DNA of 64,000 nucleotides, taken from positions 96,001-160,000 of the forward strand of contig JBDHZC010000001.1 in NCBI GenBank assembly GCA_039811685.1, read 5' to 3'. Position 1 is the first letter of the stretch; each line of letters opens with the position of its first letter. Under the pieces are notes generated by a model. That model made no database searches. It was not told the DNA's origin and worked only from the letters and a program-made list of their open reading frames with translations. The position numbers were made by a program, and so were the translations under genes. Source of the DNA: Armatimonadota bacterium. GTDB taxonomy: Bacteria; Armatimonadota; UBA5829; DSUL01. Positions 27,644 through 37,236 of the stretch are shown here, piece after piece.

Positions 27644-29494
27644 CTATCTGCTGGAAGGGACAAGCTCAACCAGTGCAACTGAGTTCGTTGACAGGGATAG
27701 ACTCATCGTTTGCTGTGTGCCACCAATGCGTCGTCCTGCACCTGTCGTCTCCAACTCCGCTTTATCCTTGTTGTTGAAAGCGTTGGAGTGGTCCTTGTCC
27801 ACCATCCAGATGCGCGCCTGGCCACCAATGAGTTTTGACGGGAGCCCTTGCAAGTCCAGTTTGACCGAACGCTCGACGCCGTAGCGCTCCGAGAAGTTCA
27901 GCAACAGAACAGTCGTGCGGCCGGTGCGTTTGTCTGTTGAGGCAAATGCGGCAATTTCTGGGTCGTCCAGATTGAGCCGGATTGCTGTTGGCGCCATCAT
28001 GTGAACGAGCTTGATAGCGTTGTACACCGCTTTGGGCCGGTTTGGACCCATCAGCATACCCCAGCCGCCGCGGAAGTTATCGTCTCCGTCTTTTGCGTAG
28101 AAGAAGCAGGGTCTGGCAATGCGCCCGGGAATCATAGCGCGCAGGAGGGAGTTGATGGTCCACGCCGCACCCATTTCGTGGTCCTGCGGCCAGTCTGGCC
28201 ACCAGGCATAGTTCCACTCGGTGATCATGAACTCACGCACCCCCTTAGCCGCGCGCGGATAGTCCTTCATATACGCCCGTGTCACCTCAGCTTCCGCGCG
28301 AATGGTCTCCGGCGTCTGGAAGTACTCGTGCCAGGTGATGAAGTCAAGCGGCGCTCTGGTTTTTTCGCAATGTTCCAGCAGCCCACGCATGAACTTCTCC
28401 CCGTTCACCGCATAGCTGTGCTCAGGCGATGTGTTCCACGGGCCGCTCGCGTTACAGGGGCCACCAATCAGGGCTTTTGCATCTGCGCGCTTCACGCCCT
28501 TCCATGTGGCGTCGTAAAGCTTCAGATATTCCGTCAATCCATCCTCGCCCGGCTTGCCCATCAACCACCCGGCGTTGGACTCATTCCAGACCTCCCAGTA
28601 TTTGATCCGCTGCCCACGGCTGATGGCGTGCCGGGCAGCCTGGTAACACAGCTCCTCCCATTGCCCGTAGTCCGCAGGGCGCGCGTGCCGGTCAGGGTTG
28701 GGGAAAGCTTCCAGAGCTTCGGGCATATAAGAGGCGCATGCGATGAACTCACAACCGATCTTGTCCATAAAATCCAGTCGCCGATCCAGGTCTGACCAGT
28801 CGTAAACAAGTTTGCCATCCGGTCCTTTCTTCACGGCATTCGTGAGAATGTTGTCCATCCTGAACCATTTGACGCCGAGGTCTTTGAGGCGTTGCGCCGT
28901 GTCGTCGTTGTAGTCCGCCATGCCCGCACCCTGTGATAGCCCGACATAAGCGGCGGGCAGTTTCCAGGAAGTTTTGCGGACATCGAAGCTCACTTTGAGA
29001 GGGGTGTTTATGCGTTTGGCGTCCAAGAGGACAATTTCTGCTTCTCCGAGCTTCTGTTCCTTGTTCGCATCGCCAATATCACGAAACGCGCGGATGGACA
29101 CCCGCACCTGCTCTCCCGGCCTTGCGGATCGGGTCAACAGAGCCATTCCTGCGTGATCGTTGTCGTAACGAGCCTGCAGTTGCCCGTTGACATAGATTTC
29201 GCCGCCAGCGTCTGAGTTGATGTGCATTCCCAGCGGATTTCCTCGCGTAGGCGAGTTGTTGATCTCAGCAGGAATCGTTACTGTCGTTCTCAGCCAGGCG
29301 CCCTCCGGGCTGGTCTTGAAGGCATCTCCGGCAGAAATGTCTGTCCAGCCATCCCTGGAGGCGTCAGCTTCTCGTGCAGACAATGCGCCGTCCTGCCTGA
29401 ACTCCCAGGTCTTCCACACCATACCGCCCTCAGCGTTCGCCCGGCAGACGGCCAGTAGCAACAGGGCGCTGAGGAGAAAACGTAATTTTCTCAT
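27644..29494 (-). CDS. Secreted GH39-like glycoside hydrolase with N-terminal beta-sandwich
   Basis: Signal peptide; YDWSDLD, YWEVWNE, DFITWHEY, ITEWN (clan GH-A acid/base and nucleophile). Confidence 0.78.
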   Translation of the reverse strand: MRKLRFLLSALLLLAVCRANAEGGMVWKTWEFRQDGALSAREADASRDGWTDISAGDAFKTSPEGAWLRTTVTIPAEINNSPTRGNPLGMHINSDAGGEIYVNGQLQARYDNDHAGMALLTRSARPGEQVRVSIRAFRDIGDANKEQKLGEAEIVLLDAKRINTPLKVSFDVRKTSWKLPAAYVGLSQGAGMADYNDDTAQRLKDLGVKWFRMDNILTNAVKKGPDGKLVYDWSDLDRRLDFMDKIGCEFIACASYMPEALEAFPNPDRHARPADYGQWEELCYQAARHAISRGQRIKYWEVWNESNAGWLMGKPGEDGLTEYLKLYDATWKGVKRADAKALIGGPCNASGPWNTSPEHSYAVNGEKFMRGLLEHCEKTRAPLDFITWHEYFQTPETIRAEAEVTRAYMKDYPRAAKGVREFMITEWNYAWWPDWPQDHEMGAAWTINSLLRAMIPGRIARPCFFYAKDGDDNFRGGWGMLMGPNRPKAVYNAIKLVHMMAPTAIRLNLDDPEIAAFASTDKRTGRTTVLLLNFSERYGVERSVKLDLQGLPSKLIGGQARIWMVDKDHSNAFNNKDKAELETTGAGRRIGGTQQTMSLSLSTNSVALVELVPSSR

Positions 29495-29563
29495 GACATA
29501 TCCTCGACAATCTCGTTATGCATTGTTTCAACACGTCGCAGGCTGTCTCCTGTCACCAAACGC

Positions 29564-29598
29564 AAAAAGACCCCCGCACTCTCTGGTACGGAGGCCTT
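29564..29598 (-). terminator. Intrinsic terminator downstream of 62-aa ORF
   Basis: Minus strand AAGGCCTCCGTAC-CAGAGA-GTGCGGGGGTCTT-TTT, 13-bp stem with G-U pairs. Confidence 0.75.
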
Positions 29599-29633
29599 CG
29601 GGCTTCACCGAAAAACTTCAACCGCTCACACGA

Positions 29634-29822
29634 TCACGCAGCCTGTTCCGCCTTGAGTCTGGTTGGCTCCAGTTCGGTGTCCACAGATAGCGTCCCGGCG
29701 GCTGTCAGACCCACCAGGTTAGAGGCTGTGGGAACGTTACTGCACTCGCGACAGACCCATTCCGCCAGGTCCTTCAGGTGATCCGGAACGTTAGTGATCT
29801 CTCTCCCGCATTTGCACGTCAT
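29634..29822 (-). CDS. Small CxC...CxxC (zinc-ribbon-like) protein
   Basis: MTCKCG...CREC; AAAGGAG SD 5 nt before ATG; own terminator. Confidence 0.75.
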   Translation of the reverse strand: MTCKCGREITNVPDHLKDLAEWVCRECSNVPTASNLVGLTAAGTLSVDTELEPTRLKAEQAA

Positions 29823-30029
29823 AGCAACTCCTTTGCGGCGGTCTGTTCCGCCCTCACAGGAGTTGTCCCACGCGCTATACCGGGGCTGTGCCCGTACTAG
29901 TGCGGGAAAAACGGGCTCAGCGCGTCACAGAAAAGCGAGGCTGAAACACTAGCGCTGGTGTTGAGGAGTCTCAGAGTCAGACTCCTTCGAAGAGACACAT
30001 CAGCCGAAATAGCCTTTGAGAAAGGAGAG

Positions 30030-31052
30030 CTAGATTTCGTCTTTCCAGGCTCTGGCCATCAGGTTCGACAGGCCTTCGGCGGCGGGACGTCCTTCAAAGA
30101 GGACGGAATGAGTCTCGCGCGCAATGGGCATATCTACACCGGTACTTTCGGCAAGAGCCATCGCGGCCTGCGTCGTCGGGACGCCTTCCGCAACCTGGCC
30201 AATATCGTTCAGCGCCTGCTCCAGCGTTTGCCCTCGACCCAGCGCAAGCCCAACGCGCAGGTTGCGGCTGAGATGGCTGAATGAAGTCGCAAGCAGATCT
30301 CCCACTCCCGATAAGCCGGAGAACGTCTCCGGACGCGCGCCAAGGGCTGTGCCAAGCCTTGTCATCTCCGCAAGTCCACGTGTCAACAGGGCCGCTTTGG
30401 TGTTATCCCCAAACCCCATGCCTTCGCAGATGCCCGCGCCGATAGCCAGGACGTTTTTCAGAGCTCCGCCGAACTCTACACCGGCGACATCGGTGCTGGT
30501 GTAGACGCGTAGGGTGCGCCCTGCCAGTACTGAGCGGCAAACGTCCGCAACATCGCGATCTTCGGCTGCGACCACGCTTGCTGTGGGGACTCCCGCGGCA
30601 ATCTCAACGGCCAGATTCGGCCCGGACAGCGCAGCTATCCGCCGCCCGCACTGGGGCGCGCGAGAAGAAATGATCTGGCTGATTCGCCTGCCAGTCTCGC
30701 AGTCCAGCCCCTTGGATGCGCTAAGGAGCATGTGGCCGCTATCCAAATGGCGCGCCGCGCGCATCATTACCTCGGCAACTGCGCCGGACGGAACAGCGAC
30801 AATCACCAGCTCAGCGCCACCAAGCGCATCGGCCATATCGGAAGTGACTGCCATGGTCTCAGGAAAGGGGTATCCGGGCAGATATCTCTGATTTTCCCGC
30901 CTGAGCTCGTAGTCGCGAGCAGTCTGTTCGTCGCGCTCCCAGAGCGTCACGCGCCGCCCGTTGTCAGCGACCAGCCGCGCAAGCGCCGTACCCCAGCTTC
31001 CTCCACCCAGCACAGCAATCTGTCCGTTGTGTTCTGTCATCTTTTCATTCAT
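30030..31052 (-). CDS. gpsA: NAD(P)H-dependent glycerol-3-phosphate dehydrogenase
   Basis: GGGSWGTALA, SKG, LSGPNLA, GGALKNV, GDN, GLSGVGDL, SRN, AEGV. Confidence 0.96.
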   Translation of the reverse strand: MNEKMTEHNGQIAVLGGGSWGTALARLVADNGRRVTLWERDEQTARDYELRRENQRYLPGYPFPETMAVTSDMADALGGAELVIVAVPSGAVAEVMMRAARHLDSGHMLLSASKGLDCETGRRISQIISSRAPQCGRRIAALSGPNLAVEIAAGVPTASVVAAEDRDVADVCRSVLAGRTLRVYTSTDVAGVEFGGALKNVLAIGAGICEGMGFGDNTKAALLTRGLAEMTRLGTALGARPETFSGLSGVGDLLATSFSHLSRNLRVGLALGRGQTLEQALNDIGQVAEGVPTTQAAMALAESTGVDMPIARETHSVLFEGRPAAEGLSNLMARAWKDEI

Positions 31053-31686
31053 CCAGTGGCCGCCAGAAGTTTGCCGCAGTCCACCCGGCGACAACAGCCA
31101 GCGTCATCAAACCCGGGAGGCTTGCTTGCGGGGCGGCGCCCGCCATCCGCAGTGCCACCTGTAGCTCGGGAGCTGCAGAGTAGGCAATTGCGATAGCGCT
31201 TAGAAGGTGCAGGCTCAACAGTATCACGACAGTCGCGCATCCTTCCACGCGTGTCATTATCACAAGAGCCAGAAATCCCGCCAGCACAAATACGGGTCCA
31301 AACATCAAGGACAGGACGACCGCAAACCCGACAGGCGCCCAGTGCTCGTCCACACTTTGCACCACCTGGTAAACCGAAACGAGAAAACCTGCACAAAACG
31401 ACGTGCTAACGGTGACGATGTTGCACGCCACTGGCACGAAATGAGCCGCAGCCATTGAGACTGCCAGCAGGGGAAGGGCGAGCCCAAGAAACCACTCAAG
31501 CCTGATAGACAGTGGCGCCAGCGGCGTAACCGGGCAATCGTCTGTGTTATCTGCGGGATCGTTTGGCGGTGGAGCTCCCGCGGGCGCATTCGTTGAGGCT
31601 GAAACAGGGTCAAGGACGCGTTGGCACCACTCACACTGGTGCAGGTCGGCTGTTTCCATGCCACACCACGGACATGTGCGCGGCAT
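31045..31686 (-). CDS. Membrane protein with N-terminal double CxxC zinc ribbon
   Basis: CPWCG...CEWC, Pro-rich linker, about 5 hydrophobic segments; TGATG overlap with upstream gene. Confidence 0.65.
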   Translation of the reverse strand: MPRTCPWCGMETADLHQCEWCQRVLDPVSASTNAPAGAPPPNDPADNTDDCPVTPLAPLSIRLEWFLGLALPLLAVSMAAAHFVPVACNIVTVSTSFCAGFLVSVYQVVQSVDEHWAPVGFAVVLSLMFGPVFVLAGFLALVIMTRVEGCATVVILLSLHLLSAIAIAYSAAPELQVALRMAGAAPQASLPGLMTLAVVAGWTAANFWRPLDE

Positions 31687-32267
31687 CAATCCAACCTCAA
31701 CGAAGTCACGAGATTTCGCAGTAAAGGCAGACTCTTCCGCCACTGCTTTTCCGGAGTCAGAGCAATAACCGACCAGACTCTGTCTCCCGATATCAGCGTG
31801 TAGCGGAAGCCCCGCAGCCGCTGTCCGTTGCGGGAGGCCTGAACGAAGCTGACAAGGCTGACAGTCTGCAACGCGCGAGAAGTTTGCGCCGGTTCTTCTG
31901 AGTAGTGCGTCAGACCTGAAGACGCGATACCTTCGAGCGCGGCGTGAACGGCAGGTAGAGGGTCCTTCTTTCTAGCCTCCTGCGCCTGCGCCAAAGACAA
32001 CAGAGCCGTGGAGGCCAGAATTTGAATCTGACTTTTCTGAGGACCGCGCAGAAGAAGGCGAAACTCCGGCCGGCGGCTCTGCACGTTCACTTTCCAGGTA
32101 TTTGGGTAGCGTATTCGCAGGCGGGCCTCTCCAATGCGCGTTGCGAAGTGACGCTGTGAGGTACCCTGTTCGTCCTGGAGAGACAGGAACCTGTAGCCGA
32201 TAGCCTGAGCCGCGATGGCGACGAGCCCTGCGCAGGCTGCTGCTCTCAGGACGGTGCGCTTATCCAA
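31686..32267 (-). CDS. Hypothetical exported/membrane-anchored protein
   Basis: N-terminal hydrophobic segment; YPNTW; coupled to downstream gene; GAGG SD. Confidence 0.55.
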   Translation of the reverse strand: MDKRTVLRAAACAGLVAIAAQAIGYRFLSLQDEQGTSQRHFATRIGEARLRIRYPNTWKVNVQSRRPEFRLLLRGPQKSQIQILASTALLSLAQAQEARKKDPLPAVHAALEGIASSGLTHYSEEPAQTSRALQTVSLVSFVQASRNGQRLRGFRYTLISGDRVWSVIALTPEKQWRKSLPLLRNLVTSLRLD

Positions 32268-32338
32268 GTCGGCCCCTCGTCAGTGCTGCTAAAGGCACTC
32301 CCGCAATGCGCTGAGTGCGAGATCAGCGAAGTCTCGAT

Positions 32339-33856
32339 CTATCGCAGCTTCTCCATCTCTTCTTTCAGAAGCTCGTTCACTATCTGCGGGTTGGCGCGTC
32401 CGGACGTAGCCTGCATTGTCTGCCCCACGAAAAACCCCAGCACCTTGTCGTTGCCAGCCAGATATTTCTGAAGCTGTGGCTGATTGCGAGGTTCGCTGAG
32501 AATGCGGACAATCTCCTCCCGGATGAAGTCCGTATCTGATATCTGAGTCTGACCGCTTGCCTCAACAATCTCTCTCGGCGACTTGCCAGAGTTGAACATC
32601 TCTTCGAAAACACCCTTGGCCAGCTTGCCGCTGATTGTCTTGTCCTCAATCAGCCCGATCAACTCCGCCAGAGCGCCCGGAGTGACCTTGCTCTGGTTGA
32701 TTGGTACTCCGTGCTGGTTCAGCAGCTTCATGAAGTCCCCGAGCACCCAGTTTGTCACTGTCCGCACGTCCACGGCATGACTTACGGCTGCGTCAAAGAA
32801 CTCGGAAACCGCTTTGTCCTCGATGAGTGTCTCCGCGTCTGTCTCAGACACTCCCATGTCCACAAAGCGCTGGCGTCTGGCTAGAGGCATCTCGGGCAAG
32901 GAAGCGCGCAGCTGCTCAATTTGCTCGTCGTCAAAATGAAACGGCAACAGGTCTGGCTCAGGAAAATAGCGGTACTCCTGCTCCATCTCCTTGCTTCGCA
33001 TTGAAGCGGTCGTAGCGCTTTCTTCGTCCCAGCGGCGAGTCTCCTGGACAATGCGGCCCCCATTGCGCAAGACATCGATCTGCCGTTCCACCTCGTACTC
33101 CACACCGCGCGAAACAGCCCTGAAGGAGTTGAGATTCTTGATTTCTGTCTTTGTGCCGTAGTCTTCGGAGCCGACAGGCCGGACGGAGATGTTGGGTTCG
33201 CAGCGGAGTGATCCCTCCTCCATTTTCCCGTCGCATACGCCCAGATAGGTAAGGATGGCGCGCAGCTTGGTGATGTAATCGCGGGCTTCACCTGCCGTCT
33301 TGATCTGATCGAACCCCGGACGGGGGTGATGCTCTGTGACGATCTCCATCAAAGGCACGCTGCTGCGGTTGTAGTCCACTTCGCTGGTCGTCCCTGTGGC
33401 GTGGATAAGCTTTCCTGTGTCCTCCTCAAGGTGGACCCGACGAATACCTATCTTCTTCGAGCCTCCGTTCTCCCCGTCGATCTCAATCCATCCGTAGATG
33501 CCTATCGCTGAGTCTCCGTACTGCGAGACCTGATAGGCCTTGGGAAGATCGGGATAGAAATAGTTCTTCCGGTGAAAGTAGGTGTCGCGACTGATCTGGC
33601 AGTTGAGCGCCAGAGCCGCCTTCAGCACAAACTCCACAGCCCGCTCGTTGATAACAGGCAGGGCCCCTGGAAGTCCAAGGCAGACAGGACAACAGCGCGT
33701 GTTGGGCTCCCCTCCAAACTCCGCACTGCATCCGCAGAACAGCTTGCTGTTGGTCAGCAGTTCCGCATGCACTTCCATGCCGATAATGGCCTCGTACGGC
33801 GTGTTCGCAGATTCTCTCGGGGTTGCTTTTTCAGACAGGGCAGATTCCGAACTCAT
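32339..33856 (-). CDS. gatB: Asp/Glu-tRNA amidotransferase subunit B
   Basis: IGMEVHAEL, CLGLPGALP, RKNYFYPDLPK, HLEEDTGK, EIKNLNSF, YRYFPEPDL. Confidence 0.98.
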   Translation of the reverse strand: MSSESALSEKATPRESANTPYEAIIGMEVHAELLTNSKLFCGCSAEFGGEPNTRCCPVCLGLPGALPVINERAVEFVLKAALALNCQISRDTYFHRKNYFYPDLPKAYQVSQYGDSAIGIYGWIEIDGENGGSKKIGIRRVHLEEDTGKLIHATGTTSEVDYNRSSVPLMEIVTEHHPRPGFDQIKTAGEARDYITKLRAILTYLGVCDGKMEEGSLRCEPNISVRPVGSEDYGTKTEIKNLNSFRAVSRGVEYEVERQIDVLRNGGRIVQETRRWDEESATTASMRSKEMEQEYRYFPEPDLLPFHFDDEQIEQLRASLPEMPLARRQRFVDMGVSETDAETLIEDKAVSEFFDAAVSHAVDVRTVTNWVLGDFMKLLNQHGVPINQSKVTPGALAELIGLIEDKTISGKLAKGVFEEMFNSGKSPREIVEASGQTQISDTDFIREEIVRILSEPRNQPQLQKYLAGNDKVLGFFVGQTMQATSGRANPQIVNELLKEEMEKLR

Positions 33857-33889
33857 TAGTTCAGCTTTCTCCGTAATACTTCTATTAAC

Positions 33890-35347
33890 CTATATAGACG
33901 GCCTGGCTTTGTGGTAGTCCGTGGCCTGCTCAAATGTGTACGCCGCCTGGAATATCCGCTCCTCCGCAAACGCGGGCGCGATAAGCTGCATCCCGATTGG
34001 GAGCCCGTCGGAGAATCCGCAAGGCACAGACATGGCCGGAAGGCCGGCCAGGTTCACGGGGCTGGTACATACGTCAGAGAGCTTCATCTGGAAAGGATCG
34101 TCTATGTGCTCTCCAATTGCGAAAGCAGTGGTGGGTACTGTGGGCGTGATCAACAGATCGCACTGAGAGAATACCTGTTCAAAGTCGCGACTGAGCAGAG
34201 TCCGCACTTGCTGGGCCTTCAGATAGAAAGCGTCGTAGTAGCCTGCAGATAATACGTAGGTGCCAATGACAATGCGCTGCTTGACCTCTGCTCCAAAGCC
34301 GCGCTCACGCGTTTGCCGGAACATCTCCGCGTGGTCACCTGCTTCCACCCGCATTCCATACCGGACCCCGTCATAACGAGCCAGATTGGAGCTGGCTTCG
34401 GCGGGCGCCAGAATGTAGTAACAGGGCAGTCCGTATCCGACGTTTGGTGTGGAGACATCAATCAGCCTTGCTCCACTGCGCTCCAACACTGTGGCACTGT
34501 CCATAACAGCCTGTGCCACCGGGTCGGCTATACCCTGACCGAAGAACTCCCGTGGGATACCGATGGTGAATCCGGAGACGTCTCGCTTCAACGATTTGGT
34601 GTAGTCTGGTGGCGCTTCGGGATAACTGGTAGAGTCTTTGGGGTCGTGCGCACTGATCATGTTCATCACCAGCGCAGCGTCTTCGACAGTCCTTGTCAAA
34701 GGTCCAATCTGGTCCAGACTCGAGGCATAGGCTATAACGCCATATCTCGATACGCGTCCATAGGTCGGCTTGAGACCCACGACTCCGCAGTACGCAGCGG
34801 GCTGTCGAATCGAACCCCCCGTATCAGACCCCAGCGCCCAGAACACTTCGCCTGCTGCGACGGCGGCGGCTGATCCTCCGCTCGACCCGCCCGGAACGTG
34901 CCTGGTGTTCCATGGGTTGCATGTCGTGAAGTAGGCGGAGTTTTCCGTGGATGAACCCATCGCGAACTCATCCAGATTCGTCTTCCCAATTACGACACTG
35001 CCCGAGTCCTGAATCTGAGTCACCACCCCAGCGTCGTAGGGAGGCTGCCAGCCTTCCAGAATCAGCGAGCCACAGGTAGTCTCGATGCCGCGCATGCAGA
35101 TGTTGTCTTTGAGCGCTCCCGGCACACCGGCAAGACCTCCAGGAAAGCTCTGTGGGTTGGCATCGAATCTGTCAGCCTGAGAAAGAGCCTGGTCCTCGAT
35201 TATCTTGAGGAACGACTTGACCTTTGAATCAACGGCGGCAATCCGCTCCAGAGTGGCTTGCGTCAACTCACGTGAGCTGACTTCGCGAGACGCCAGAGCT
35301 TTGGACGCCTCCGCAGCCGTCATAAATCCATCGTACTTAAAGGACAT
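33890..35347 (-). CDS. gatA: Asp/Glu-tRNA amidotransferase subunit A
   Basis: [42 protein letters not shown]. Confidence 0.98.
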   Translation of the reverse strand: MSFKYDGFMTAAEASKALASREVSSRELTQATLERIAAVDSKVKSFLKIIEDQALSQADRFDANPQSFPGGLAGVPGALKDNICMRGIETTCGSLILEGWQPPYDAGVVTQIQDSGSVVIGKTNLDEFAMGSSTENSAYFTTCNPWNTRHVPGGSSGGSAAAVAAGEVFWALGSDTGGSIRQPAAYCGVVGLKPTYGRVSRYGVIAYASSLDQIGPLTRTVEDAALVMNMISAHDPKDSTSYPEAPPDYTKSLKRDVSGFTIGIPREFFGQGIADPVAQAVMDSATVLERSGARLIDVSTPNVGYGLPCYYILAPAEASSNLARYDGVRYGMRVEAGDHAEMFRQTRERGFGAEVKQRIVIGTYVLSAGYYDAFYLKAQQVRTLLSRDFEQVFSQCDLLITPTVPTTAFAIGEHIDDPFQMKLSDVCTSPVNLAGLPAMSVPCGFSDGLPIGMQLIAPAFAEERIFQAAYTFEQATDYHKARPSI

Positions 35348-35359
35348 AGGGGTTGATTC

Positions 35360-35668
35360 TCAGGCTGACTTTCCGTCGCTGGAGTCAACGACTCGCGGGA
35401 CAATAAAGGCCTCGTAGTTGGTGAGTGGCCCCGCTGCCAGAATCTCCTCGCGGGGCAGGCTTGGCTTCACCTCGTCGGCACGGTAGACGTTCACCATTGG
35501 CAAGACCCGATCTGTCGGTTCTACATCTGAAGTGTCCAGTTTCTGTAGCTCCGCGAAGTGCTCCAAAATCTGGTTCAGGTGACCGGTCAACCGCTCTTTC
35601 TCGTCTTCTTCCAGAGCCAGGCAGGCGAGATTGGCGACGGCTGTGACTTCTTCAACAGTAAGCTTCAA
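35360..35668 (-). CDS. gatC: Asp/Glu-tRNA amidotransferase subunit C
   Basis: VANLACL, LDTSDVEP, VPRV; precedes gatA; AAAGGA SD before TTG. Confidence 0.92.
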   Translation of the reverse strand: MKLTVEEVTAVANLACLALEEDEKERLTGHLNQILEHFAELQKLDTSDVEPTDRVLPMVNVYRADEVKPSLPREEILAAGPLTNYEAFIVPRVVDSSDGKSA

Positions 35669-35714
35669 GAATCGTCCTTTCAGCGCAGACAACACATCAT
35701 ATCGCTAACCTCGT

Positions 35715-35743
35715 ATTGTATGTGAATGAGCGCACGAGGTCAA
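35715..35743 (-). promoter_or_regulatory. Sigma70-like promoter of gatCAB
   Basis: Minus strand TTGACC-17 nt-TACAAT. Confidence 0.7.
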
Positions 35744-35880
35744 GGTGTGTGGAGCCAGAAAAATAACGCTGTAGATGTTTTCGCCAGTGGATCTGCGCCG
35801 TGATTGACAAGCCCCGTCTTTCGGCGCACAATCGCCAAAAAGCCAACATGCCGGTTGGCTTCCCGCAGAAATGAGAGCTT

Positions 35881-37059
35881 TTGAGCGTGACACACAGGGA
35901 TTTTCAGACTTCTGAACCGGACAAGAGCCACGAATATCAGGAGAAGGCGACGGGCAGTCGCGTCGTTTCCTTGGAGGACTGCCGGCCAGATGACGCGGGT
36001 ATGCGGGCAGACCGGTTGCGTCAGGCAGGCGCAGTTATCGAAGAAGAAATGAAAGCAGGAGCGTTTCCAGGCGCGGCGTATCTGGTTTCTCGAGGGGGAG
36101 TGCTGGCTCTGGCCGGCGCTTGCGGTCAACTGTCCGAAACGCGTCCACAAGCTGCTAACACAGCCACCGTGTACGACATGGCCAGTTGCACCAAGCCCAT
36201 GACTGCGGCTCTAACAGCGCTTATTCTCGTTGAGCGGGGGAAGCTGAGTCTGTTGCAGGGTGTGCCGGAGTTTTTCCCAGCAAGGACTCTGCCCCACCTG
36301 TCGCAGGTCACTCTGCGCCACCTGATAACACATACTTCCGGGCTTCCGGCGTGGGTGGACCTGTATACTGATACATTGTGCCGCGCTGAAGCGATTGACG
36401 CGCTCCTGCGAGTTCCTCTAAAGGCCGAGTCTGGCGCGCGCTATGAGTACAGTTGTCTGGGCTATATTCTTCTTGGGCTGATTTGTGAGCAGGTCTCCGG
36501 TGTGAGTCTGCGCGAGTTTTTGCAGCGCGAAGTCTGGAATCCCCTCGGCATGACGTCAACGGACTATGGCAGCGCTAATGACGCAAGCGCTAATGTGGCA
36601 TCAACCGCCAACTGTCCAGCCCGTCCGTTCGAATTGATCGGCCAGGTACACGACGGCAACGCGTGGAGACTGGATGGCATAAGTGGAAATGCTGGCCTGT
36701 TCTCTAATCTTGCAGACATTCGCACGTTTTGTGAAAAAGTTCTCCTGCATCCAGAAGACGGATACCCCCTGAGTCGTCTGGGATTACAACGATACCTGTC
36801 GGATCAGATTCGCTCAGACGTCGGCCACCATTCCTACGGGTGGTTCTGCCAGGGCAACGGTTATTTGCCAGGGGCTGACCTGTTGCCAGACGATACCGTT
36901 GGTCACACGGGGTTCACAGGCACGTCCATACTGCTGGCGCCGTCAGAAGAATTGCTCATCATTCTGCTTACAAATCGCGTTTGTTCTGACCCGGATGGTT
37001 CGAAAATTCGCCGAACAAGGCGCAGATTTCACAATATGGTAGCGTCCGCGCTTGTTTAG
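35881..37059 (+). CDS. Serine hydrolase, beta-lactamase class C-like
   Basis: SCTK (SxxK), LITHTSG, YEYS, GNAGLFS, GHTGFTG, LTNR; start uncertain. Confidence 0.88.
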   Translation: MSVTHRDFQTSEPDKSHEYQEKATGSRVVSLEDCRPDDAGMRADRLRQAGAVIEEEMKAGAFPGAAYLVSRGGVLALAGACGQLSETRPQAANTATVYDMASCTKPMTAALTALILVERGKLSLLQGVPEFFPARTLPHLSQVTLRHLITHTSGLPAWVDLYTDTLCRAEAIDALLRVPLKAESGARYEYSCLGYILLGLICEQVSGVSLREFLQREVWNPLGMTSTDYGSANDASANVASTANCPARPFELIGQVHDGNAWRLDGISGNAGLFSNLADIRTFCEKVLLHPEDGYPLSRLGLQRYLSDQIRSDVGHHSYGWFCQGNGYLPGADLLPDDTVGHTGFTGTSILLAPSEELLIILLTNRVCSDPDGSKIRRTRRRFHNMVASALV

Positions 37060-37124
37060 GGCGTAGCGCGTCGGGTTTGAAGTCTATATACGGAATAACA
37101 TGTCATTGTGAAAAATACGCCATC

Positions 37125-37153
37125 TTGACAGATGGGTTTGATCATCCTATGAT
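37125..37153 (+). promoter_or_regulatory. Near-consensus sigma70 promoter of two-component operon
   Basis: TTGACA-17 nt-TATGAT. Confidence 0.8.
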
Positions 37154-37236
37154 CAAAGGTGTAATTTGAGTGGCGAAACACATGCGAGAGGGAGAAGTTA
37201 TAGCGGGCGCAGTTCCGGCCCTGATAAGCGGGCAAT

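Noticed and set aside
37106..37123. TTGTGAA Rex-like half site
   Set aside because: Second half (TTCACAA) absent.
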